A stretch of 63,998 nt of DNA, the filler included, from Streblomastix strix (Eukaryota): assembly GCA_008636045.1 (NCBI GenBank). It is 4 parts of 4 records of this genome, joined end to end, with 100 filler letters (N's around TTAATTAATTAA, not from the genome) between each part and the next. Parts side by side here need not be neighbours in the genome. Positions count along the whole stretch, not along the records: positions 48,646 to 63,998 come from SNRW01000998.1; 3 more parts are not named here. One strand, 5' to 3'. Below, in pieces: positions 52,901 through 63,998 of the stretch (position 1 is the first letter of the stretch; every line of letters begins with the position of its first letter). The notes beneath the pieces were generated by a model, which saw nothing but the letters and a program-made list of their open reading frames with translations, was not told the origin of the DNA and made no database searches. The position numbers and the translations under genes are program-made.

Positions 52901-55796
52901 ACATAGGAAGCGGATGTTTGATACTGGATTGGTGCATTTGGAGTAATGAGTTTCGTGGTGATGATTATAAGTAATCGTTCGTTGGTTACAGCTGCTGTTT
53001 ATTATTGGTAGAAATGATCTGCTTTGTTTCTGGTTTATCAGAATTGGTATTGTTTTATTCTTATTATTATTATTTATCTGCTTCTTATTATTATTTACCT
53101 GGTTCTTATTAATCTATCTCTTAATTCTAGTCGGATTAATGCTGAATCATATCATGGATGGATTTGTTTGTATTCATGAGCTTTTATACATCTATTTTTC
53201 TAGCTAATGATCTTGGGAAGGTCGACATATATTGCATCTATGATTCAAGTGATTGTTTAGAATCAATATTTGTTTGTGGCTATAGCTATTGTGACTAATC
53301 ATCTGATGATTCTATTTGATCTGGACTTTTGTAAGGATCTAAGATTTATGATGGATGTTGAGGAAGTGAAAGCAAAGCGGATGCTGATAAAGGTTTTGGC
53401 AAATTCAGAATGTTTTACAGCTAAATTAATTTATTTTATTCATTTTCAAAGTTATTTATATTTTCTTTCGTTTCTTTTTCTTTTTCAACATCTTTTGATT
53501 CATCATCAGATAGATGCTGTATAATGTCATGAATTGACTTGTTGGAGTTATTAAGTTGATTATTCTCAATTTTTTTAGTTTATGGAACAATATCACTTTT
53601 ATGCGGTTATTGTTGATATTGTTTCATAGCAAATTTCCGTGATGATTTTGGAGGTAATGTTCTTGTATTGAAATTTTCAGTTTATTCTTATTTTTAGTCA
53701 CTAATTTGTTGTTCAATGTGTTTTTCCTATCCTTTTTCTTGTTCTTCAAACATTTCGTCTCTCGTTGATGACTGTTTCTGAGGAAATATTTACGAAAATG
53801 CTGATATGGGAGTACGTCGTTACTCACTTTATTTTTATTATGAATTATTATTATCCAAATTCAAAGGATCCGATCCCTAAATCTCATTCTCTTTTATTCC
53901 ATCTTTCTTATTATCTATTTCATTCATCATCTGCTTCATCATTTCAATGGATGTGTTGTACAGTTATTTCACTTGTTCTCTTATCTTCAGCGGTTTCAGT
54001 CTTTCCCTTCCTCCAGATTATGGTTTGGGAAGTGGGAGCGGATTTGGGAAAGAAATATTCTGTGTCTGTGATTGAGTTTGTGTTTATGGTTATTAATCAT
54101 CAATTTGCTTTTATTGAAGTTGGAATATTATCAGGTTCAAAAGACGGATGTTTTTGGCGTACGAGTTCATCAGCGGGTTTCTAAGGCCCAAATTCCTCAA
54201 TTTTGCTGAATTTGGGATCTCTGCGATCTTCTGTGCCACTTCAATGGCCTAATTTACATCAGTTTGTGTTAAGCTGTTCACTGAAGAATCGGTTTATGAA
54301 ACTGTGTCGTCTGAATCTGAATGAACAGATTTGGGTTTTTTTGATTGTTCGGTGCTTGATGAGGACAGATGCGATGAAAAAGAAGATTGTTACTACGATT
54401 TGTCTGAAGAAGATTATGATTTATCTGATGATTTGATTGACAGAGAATTCTGCGATTGTCTTTATGAATTATCTGGAGATGATAGTTGTAATGTTTCTTA
54501 TGAATCAGATTATGATATTATTTGTTATATTTGTATTGGAGGAGGTGGAATTGGAGGGAAATTGTATCGTGGTTTGGGAAATGGTGGATAAATGATCTGA
54601 ATCTTCTGAACTGTGACGGTTTTGTATTCTGGATCTGAAGTTTGTTGCTGCTATTCTGAAAGTTAAGTATTAAGTTGATTATTAAATTAGTTTTATTGTT
54701 ATAAATCCTGATTAGAATCAGAAGACGATGAAGATGAATATGACAACTGCGAGTTAAGCTACGATTTATTCTAATCTCCCCCACTGTTCAAAGTACTTAT
54801 AGAAATTGAAGAGTCATTTGACTTAATAGATTATAGAGACCCCGTCTATTTAGATTGTTGTGAATCATATGTTGAAAAAGAAGGCGTGTCTGAACAACCT
54901 GATATTTTGGTAGCGACTGAAGATACAGTGACGTCTGATGTATGTGTGCTGAGAGATGCTTTTGTTCTGTTTGATGAACTTTCACCTGATGACTGTTCAG
55001 ATTTGGGAGTCGTGTTCGTTTTGTCTGATTTGGATGAGTGAAGAGATTTGAAGGATTTTGTGGTTTGATCTGAATTTTCTGGCGGATCTTGTTATTCTGA
55101 CTTTTCAGATAACTGCGAGTTTTCAGTTGTGGTCGATTTCAAGGATTGATCGAGTTTTTCCAACTAAACAGAGTAGATCGATTTTTGCGAATTTTCTGAG
55201 TAATTTTGTGAGTTTTCTGAGTAAATGTGCGAATTGATTGAATTTGAATCAGATGTTGCACTGGTGCTATTCTGAGGTGATTGCTAATTTAATGAGACTA
55301 AATTAGGAGAGAAAGTTTGATTGATCTTTTAAATATCTTATTTCCGTGTTTGTTTGTTGATTAGTTAATTCAAATCAAGATTACTCAAATTGTTATTCTG
55401 ATTTACTTATCCTTATTCGATATCATTTTTCTAATTCTTATTGTTATTAATATTCATTTCAGAATAATTATCTTATTCATGTTCACTTTCTTTCAAATTA
55501 TGATATTTTTGAATTTTATTAGCTTAATCTTTGTTTAATTAATCAAAATTATCCATATTTTGATCTTTTGGTTTTTATTCATTCAATATGTTACTTGGAT
55601 GAATTTATTGAACAATTGGCAGATTTGTTTGAATTTGATCTTATTAATTTTCTATTAATTTCTTATTATTCAAGTTGTTCGTTTTTAAAGGAAATTATGA
55701 GTTATCCAATGTTCCATTAGAGTTTTAATTTTTTTAAGGATTATCTTATTGTTAATCGGTATGATTCCCATTTGTCAAATCCTTGTTCGGTTCCAT
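49977..55796 (-). CDS. Large low-complexity S/Q/N-rich protein (~1939 aa) with three C-terminal CCHC zinc knuckles
   Basis: CYHCGQMGHIFANC, CFRCGRPGHTSREC, CFVCGGVGHVAKNC; ATG 55796 and TGA 49979-49977 are in the same frame; full continuity only spot-checked. Confidence 0.7.
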
Positions 55797-56617
55797 GAAT
55801 CTAAAAATTCAAAAATGCTTATAAAAATTCAAAAAAATAATTAGCCTCGTAAATTAATATTGTAACATCGAGGACTTATTTACAAATTTTAAAAAAAAAA
55901 TAAATATATTCAACTATTTGATTTAAAAAAAATGCCGTAAATTAGTTATATATATAAATAAATATTAAAAATATTATGAGGCACAAAAATAATTAAAATT
56001 TAATAAAAATTTAAAGTTTAGTTGATTAAATTTAGAGAGAGAAAATTATTTTTTGTGAAAATGTTACATTATTGACATATAAAATAATATAAGCATATAA
56101 TTGATTAATTGAAGTGAAATATTTTTAATATTATTAAAATGTCTAAAAAATATAATGTTTATAAGAAATTAATAGTTGTATATGATGAGAAAAATCGAGT
56201 TTTTCTTAGATCAGAAATTTCTATAATCATTGTAATTACAGTATATACGCATATTGAAATAAAATTAATTTTGCATTATTAAAAATATAGTTGTTAAATG
56301 AAAAACAAAATTATCTTTTTATACAGAAAATAAATTATAATAAATTTTATTGGTCATTTGTTGAATGACTATAAACTAATATTAAATTTTTTTTATTTGA
56401 TTTTATTAATAAATTTCATTTAAATTGTGCTATGTGTTAAAAACTTCAAACTGTTACAACAGAAATTGATAATTTTTATAAAAAAATTAAGTAAAAATCT
56501 GGCCTATCGCATTTTACTCCGGTTTAGCATTTCAATAAAAAATGAAGTACATTAAGAGGATGTAATATAGAAAATTCGATAGAAATTATGTGTTCTACCG
56601 CCAAATTAAATAATATA

Positions 56618-57481
56618 CAGCATGGTGAAAATGTCCGATGAAGAAATTTTTCTTAAGATCCAAAAGAGATAGTATGAAATTAATATTATATATGTATGTA
56701 ACAAATGTATATGTATAAATTTTATCTATTAAGAATTCATATCTGTTCTATTAGATTTTTTAATTTTATGGAAAAATAGCATTTAATGTATGAATTTTTT
56801 AAATAGCTGAACTGGAAGGTACTGATGAAACATGATATCATTAATTCATTCCTTTCATTATTATTATTACATCCAGACTCTATCATATTCCAACAAGACA
56901 ACATCTATAGATGAAAACTCATCTTATTGATTTTTAGCATATTTTTTGTTAAAAAATTTATTGGGAAAATAAGTATAATTTCATTTTATTTTTTACTTAC
57001 AATTTTAAATTACTTTTATTGAATATACACTTAATTTTAGATAAAATTAATATATTAATTAAAATTAATTATAATAAATCATTTATATAAACAAATTATA
57101 TGAAATTCGAAGATATGGAATTATGCTTATTTTCCCAATAAATTTTTTTGTATAAAATATGCAAAAAATCAATAAAATGAATTTTCATCTATGGATGTTG
57201 TCCTTTTGGAATATAATAGAGTAGGAATGTAATAATAATAATGAAAGGAATGAATTAATAAAATCATGGTTCATCAATACCTTCCAGATCAGTTATTTAA
57301 AAAATCTATTCCTTAAATGCTATTTTTCCATAAAATTAAGAAATCTAAATGAACAGATATGAATTCTTAATAGATAAAATTTATACATATACATTTGTTA
57401 CATACACATATAATATTAATTTCATAATATCTCATTTGGATCTTTAGAAAAATTTCTTCATCGGACATTTTCACCATGCTG
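56618..57481. mobile_element. Non-autonomous foldback/MITE element with ~365-bp imperfect inverted arms and TA flanks
   Basis: TA|CAGCATGGTGAAAATGTCCGATG ... CATCGGACATTTTCACCATGCTG|TA; arms ~56618-56983 and ~57114-57481. Confidence 0.85.
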
Positions 57482-59475
57482 TAGGAGGTTTTGAACATTG
57501 TTGAAAATTTTTCACTTTCATAAAAACGTCAAAAAATGCATTTTGATCAAAGACACAAAATAAATAATGAGTAATTTAATTCATAAATTGATAATAAAAA
57601 ATGAGGTCCCCCACTTGTGGTTAGATAAATTTATTGTTTCAAAATGATAATGAATGAGTAGATCTATATAAAAAATTAAGAGTGAAAAAATTTTTCTCTA
57701 AAACTAATTATTTCAAAAATATTTATTTTTTTTAGATATTTATCAGTTATAGGATAGAATAAAAGAAAATATAATTTAATTTTTAAAATATATTATTCAA
57801 ACAGAAATAGCTCTGAAAATAAGAAAAGATTCTTGAAATGTACCTATCATATATAATCTATTAGTTTTATTTGCATTGATAGCAAATTAAGCGCATTACT
57901 TAATAAATTTGAAAATAATTAAATTTGAAAATTCAGATTGGCTGTTAAGCAATTTTTTATTATTTTGTTGAATATTATCATGGTGCTATTTAAATTATGA
58001 TAGTTAATAAATTAAGTAAATAAATAATAATATTTTTATTAAGTATTTTAAATTTATTTGAAACTTGGTTGTATATATGTGAGGTGATTGATCTTTTAAT
58101 TTTCACAATTAACATCTCGTATTTAGATCAGTCAAGCTTCTATAACAATGTTTAGCATTATATTCTATAATTAAATATCATATATGCATAAAATATTATA
58201 CTCATTTAAAATATAACCTTAATGCTGCAAAATTATAACTCAATAAAAATTTTCATATCTTAAAAATGAAATATTCTTCATTAAAAATTGCTCATTATTA
58301 ATTTACTTTATTAATTTTTCTTATATCAACGATACTAAATACAATTATTATATATGTATATTAAAATTCATTAAATTCAATTTCCAATTTATTACAAAAA
58401 GAAACTAAGTTTTCTCGATAGTTTTCAATTTAATGTCTATGAAATTTATCACCAAAATATGAAATAATAATCAAAGAATACAAAAATATGAAAAACTCAA
58501 ATTTTATAACTTTGACATTTAATTTGACTATTTATAAAAATAAAAATTTTTCACATTGGCTAAAATTCTTTGCTAACTGCGAAAATGTACAAAGTATCAT
58601 TTTTTAAAAAACGCGATATATATTATTAGGCTGAGATAAGGAAAATGGTTCAGAAAATATGTATACCGTCTAAATATTTAATTAATTTAAAGGTATTAAA
58701 ATAATAATTAAAGTTTAAGTTATAAAAAAAAAGGAATTTTTTGTCAAAGAAATTATTTAAGTGCTTTCAATTTTCTAAAAAATTGTTTAAATCAAGGGAG
58801 AATGAAATAAATAATTTAAGATTTAATTTAATTATTATTATTGTTGTAAAAGTTGAAACTGAAAATTTGAAAAACTTCTCATTTTATAAAAGAATAAATT
58901 GTTAGATTTTTTCATATTTAATTGTTGTTCATGCAATAATAATTAGTAGTAATGCATAAATGAATCGATTTATTAATTTTGGTTGAACAACGTTCAATTT
59001 TTTTTAAATCCAATAAAAAAATTTCAAATAAATGCACAAGATTTAAATAGTGAATGGTAAAATATATCTCGCAAAAAAGGTGTTTCTTTTCTGAAATTTC
59101 ATAATTTGAATCCGAAGCAGCGAAATTGTAAACATTGTCAATTTTTTTTTAATTTTGGAATTCTGATTTTAGAAAAATAAACGAAATAATGCTAATTATG
59201 CAAATTAAAAATTAACATCTTCATTGCCATGATCTTAGCCGGGATATATTAACTTCAATAAATATCAGGATTCATCTAATTCAAGCTATTGAATTCATAT
59301 CATGTCCAAATGATTGAAATGATGAAACATTACTTTTTACGCTTTAAATTTTTATTTTAATAAAAAATTAATTAAAATTTACATATTTATATTAAACTTT
59401 TATAATTAGTTTTTGATTTTAACTTTTATTTTTTCAATGTTAGAATCGAAAAGAATAAAATTTTAAATTATTATA

Positions 59476-59609
<134 letters not shown>

Positions 59610-60174
59610 AAAAATTTCTGGGAATTTATCAAAAAAAATTTTAAAAGATTTATTTGATAAAAATTGATTTGGGAAAAGAAGTATTTTTTAAAAATATTTA
59701 AAATAATAATTTAAAAGATGAGTTATCAAGAATTGTTACATTTTCAAAAAGACTTTAATTTAATGTACATATGAATAATGAAATCAAAAAATAAGAAATA
59801 TTATCAGATAAGTACCATATTTTCTAAATTTCTGCAATTAAACAGTTATATATTTCAAAAATTTTTTTCACTAAATTTGAACAAGCTTAAATATATTTAT
59901 AAGTTCTTCATTTTTAGGAAAATGATAAAGCGAATCAATTCATTTGCGTTAATTATAAATATATAATAAATGAATAAAATTTAAATAAATTTAAATTTTT
60001 TTTTTTAAAAATTAATTTTTAAAATTATTTTTTTTAAAAAAAAATTGTTTATATTTTTGGATTTAATAATATTTTGCATTAAAAATACACTATATGTTAA
60101 AAACTTCAAACTGTTTCAAAAGTAATTTAAAAATTATAATAAATTTTGATGGTTTGTACTTGGCATACTATAAT

Positions 60175-60470
60175 AAACCATGGTTTAACCTCAGTTTTTT
60201 TTTAAAAACATGGTTTTTTTTATGGTTTAACCATGATTTTTTAAAATAATGGTTTTTTTATGGTTTAACCATGAGTTTTTAAAATAATGGTTTTTTATGG
60301 TTTAACCATGATTTTTTAAAATAATGGTTTTTTATTGTTTAACCATGGTTTTTTTTCAAACCATCATTTTTTTATTGATTTACCATAGTTTTTTTTTTAG
60401 ATTAAATCAAGGTTTTTTTTTAAACTATGTTTTTTTAAGTCAAAGTTTTTTTTAACCAAGATTTTTTTAA
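60175..60470. repeat. Degenerate ~38-bp tandem repeat with ATGGTTTAACCAT near-palindromic core
   Basis: Repeated TTTTTTATGGTTTAACCATGATTTTTTAAAATAATGG units decaying to the right. Confidence 0.85.
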
Positions 60471-60699
60471 AGTTTTTTTGTGTTTTTTACAGTTTAGTTA
60501 ATATATGGATTAATTTAATCAAATTTTGAAATATTTTTTATTATTAAAATTTTTAAATATTTATTTAAATTTAAATTTTTTAAATTAAATATATTTATTT
60601 GAATATAAATAAAAAATAAAAAACTATATTAAAGGAATATTAAAATTTTTTCAGATATCTTTCTTATTACTATTATTAACCTCATCGTCATCTTTTTCC

Positions 60700-62420
60700 T
60701 ATAATTGTTCCTATTGCATATGTTCGAATCTTGAAAGCAGTCTCCTTTTCTTCATTTTATGTTTCTTATTCATTTTGTGAAAGAATAGTGAATTTGAATT
60801 ACCCGAATTATTTTGAGCGGTATTTGATAAATTTTATTAAATTGGAGGTTATTGTAATGGTTATATATCTTATATCTATCATTATTCTAAAAAATCTTCA
60901 ATTTATAATATCTAAATCTAATTTTCCAATAATTTTTATTTAATAAAATAGGAACAAGGAATACCTATAATTTTATTGAATGTAGATGTATATTAAGAAT
61001 TAAAAGTTTTTGATTAAATTTCTTCATACTATTCTTAAAGTTTAATTAATGCATAATGGAAAATCGATCCTTAAATATTTGAAAAAAGCAATATTTGTTT
61101 AATTTGGATAAACTTATTGCTATTCGCACTTTATACAATTATTTGTTTAAATGATTTAATTTTATATGAATGAAGTTAAATATGGAATAATTGAAATAAT
61201 GAGAAGTGGCGTAGTTGGTAGCCACATTTTTAGAGCTGAATTTAAATCTTCAGCTGGGTTATTTGTTACCTTATGAAGATATTAGCAGTTCTAAAGTGCA
61301 AAGTTCATGAAGAACTGTTTATATTTAAGCCATTATTCAAATATGAATTTTCCAAACTAAGATTTATATCCGACAATTTTCATCATATTATATATATTCA
61401 TATTAGTTTGATATTCATTATTTGGTTTAATTGTATTTTAATATAATTCAAGAACAGAATATATTTAATATTCAGACAAATATTTTATGGCATATGCTTC
61501 TATGTCGCAATTCATATGCAAAGTGCAAATTATTCTTTATGATTGAGGAAAAACTGTTACAATTGCGTTTAATAATGCTAATTACCTGTCTGAGAGAATA
61601 AAAGCAGGATTCCAATCTGCTATTTTGCTATGAATTTATAAAGCTTAAACATAAGATTCTTCATTTTTATCCAGCATGAAAATGAAGGAAACGCACATGT
61701 AGTGCATAGTTGGAAGTAAGGTGGAAATGATTATCAGTTGATACTCATTGGAATTATTGCCAAAAGTTCTGTCTATATTTATGTTTTGATGATATCTACT
61801 ACAAAATTATTTGCATTGTTACTGCACGATACATAAAATTTATATTTCATCATTAAATTATATTGTTTATAATTTCCATTTTTATTTGTTTAATAAATTG
61901 AAAAAGTTCTGAATTGGGTATTGTGATGGCTTATCTAATTACTTTTAAAAATATCTTATATTTATAGCTTTGACTTTAACTAAATCTTTACCATCTCCTT
62001 ATCATTTTTAATTTATTGCAGTCTTTGTCTTTTTTAGTGCAATATTGGCTAAACGCATATCGTTTATTTACTCTTTCTCGTCGTTCATTAATCTACCTCC
62101 TTACTTTAGAGCTGATTTTCCTAAGAACTAATTATTATGCGAACTGTTTCGAGCATATTTTCTTCAGTTTTCACTTCTTTTGCTATATGACGCATACATG
62201 CAAAATTAGCTGCCAGCTAATTTACAATATTTTGTACTTATTTTATTTTTTTGTTCTTTTCTTTCTTTATCACTTTTTTCTCCATATCAGAATCCTCAAA
62301 TTCATTTATTTATTCTATAATTGAATCTTTTTCTAAGTTCGATTCTTTATGGATTTAAATGTTAGATTCGTTTTCTTTTTCTATGTTTGATTCTTTTTCG
62401 ATTTTTTTAATTCTAAATTT
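60700..62420 (-). pseudogene. Mutator-like (MULE) transposase remnant
   Basis: FILSDRQLALLNAIVTVFPQSQRIICTLHM (~61600-61513) and VTNNPAEDLNSALK (~61270-61230); multiple disruptions. Confidence 0.82.
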
Positions 62421-62640
62421 ATGGTAACAAAATAAAATTTAAATAGATTTAAATTTTTTTTGTTTACGAAATTAATTTCTTAAATTTTTTTTAAAAAATA
62501 TTAAAAATTTACTATATTTGAAAAAATTTAAATTAATAATGTTGTTTCGAATGAGATTCACTCATTTATTTAAATTTGTGAAAATTGTAAATTCGTAAAT
62601 ATTATTATTTTTTTAAATTCTAATATTGAAATTATTTAAT

Positions 62641-62821
62641 ATTAATCTGAATTACTCTGAATTGTTCTTGGATAGCACTTAATTCAAATGAAACTTCAAT
62701 TAAAATCAGAATCAATCATAACTATTCCTCTTATTCACACTATTAAATTGATTTATCAATATTAATCTGAATTACTCAGAATTGTTCCTGGAAAGCACTT
62801 AATTCAAACGAAACTTCAATT
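62641..62821. repeat. Two ~61-bp direct repeats 120 bp apart
   Basis: ATTAATCTGAATTACTC..GAAACTTCAATT at 62641-62701 and 62761-62821. Confidence 0.8.
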
Positions 62822-63998
62822 TAATTCATAATTAATTACATTTGATTTTTTATTTGTTCATTTCTTTAAAAAATTCCTCAATGTCATTCAGAATAATTAT
62901 CAGTTTTGTTAAACTAATATATCTTTTTATCAATGATTTTTTTTTAATTATTTATACTCATCAAAATAAAAAAATTTATTTATTTACATTCAAAAAAAGT
63001 TTGTCACCCCCAAATGCAACGTTGCCACTAACAAAAAAAATGAAAATAACCCTGAGTATTTCAATCATAATAATATTCAGAATCAGATTCAGAATTGGAT
63101 TCAAAATCAAATTCAAAATAATGGATATAAATTTAAAATTAATTTATAATTTGTTTATAAATTTATTATATAATTTGAAAATGTATAGAAGTACAAAATT
63201 GGTAAGCAAATGCATAAAAAAAAAGCTTTTTAAATTAAATCATAAAATGTAGTCAGATTGTGCTTAAATATGATTGAGTTAGTGAAGATTTGTATTTATT
63301 AATAATTATTAATAATTATTGATCTGTATTGGATAAGTGAAGTTGCGCTAGGCTTAATATGAGCAAATAATGCGAAAACATTCTATCATTACTCAAGACT
63401 GTCTGTTTAAATATTGCTATTAACCATTTTATTTTATTTTAATATAAATATTAAATCCTCTCACAATTAATGTATATATTTTTATTTTTATAAAAGATTA
63501 TATTGATTATATAACATTTTTTCATATAAAAGCTAAATTATAAAATAAATTAAAATAAATAATTTAATATTTACAATTAAATATAATAATAATTATATTT
63601 TCTAAATTTTTCCAACAAAATTTTAATATATTCTATTTCAGAAATTTTTTATGAAACAAAAATATATTTTTTTTAAGAAATATCGTTTTATTTTCTAAAT
63701 TTATATTTAAACCAATTATATATTTACTATTTTTATATATCACTTATATTTTTATATATTAATATATAATATATCTATATATAGATGATTAGTCAACACA
63801 GAAATTAGTGTAACCCCAACGATGTGAATTAGGGATGGTTCTATGAAGACAGTTCTGATATAAATAGTCACAGGTGGCGTAAAATTCAAATCCCCCAAAA
63901 GAAAAGTCAAAATTAAACTTCATTTTATGGAAATCCTTACAATTAACATGCGCCTCAATAAGCAAGCAACTTTTAACCTGAATATCAAAATCAGAAGC

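Noticed and set aside
60175..60470. CRISPR array
   Set aside because: No unique spacers, the units are tandem and degenerate, there are no cas genes and the context is eukaryotic.

Overview
AT-rich eukaryotic DNA made of four unrelated ~16 kb contigs joined by artificial 100-nt spacers (N44-TTAATTAATTAA-N44). The genes only read through when TAA/TAG encode Gln and TGA is the sole stop, so the supplied ORF track is largely misleading. The code, short GT-AG introns and gene families suggest an oxymonad such as Streblomastix (inference). Contig 1 (1-16121) holds a decayed DIRS-type retrotransposon, a 6-exon CK1/TTBK kinase ending in a CaaX box, and a decayed hAT transposase. Contig 2 (16222-32336) holds the 3' part of a second DIRS element with ICR/terminal-repeat structure abutting an older tyrosine-recombinase remnant. 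It also has a helical-repeat gene, two tandem YiiD/PaaI-like thioesterase genes and a single-pass surface-protein fragment. Contig 3 (32437-48545) is the highlight: an intronless Polinton/Maverick-like virus written in the host's non-standard code. It encodes a ~1735-aa protein-primed PolB (OTU-like protease, Zn finger, inserted HNH domain), an rve integrase with a D-D-D triad, a penton-like protein, an A32-like ATPase and phage-type HxH fibre proteins, with recurrent GAA-loop hairpins at gene ends. No major capsid protein is visible and the contig is truncated. Contig 4 (48646-63998) has a large low-complexity CCHC zinc-knuckle gene, a TA-flanked foldback element, a (TA)n tract and a MULE transposase remnant. 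All translations were done by eye and no database searches were run.
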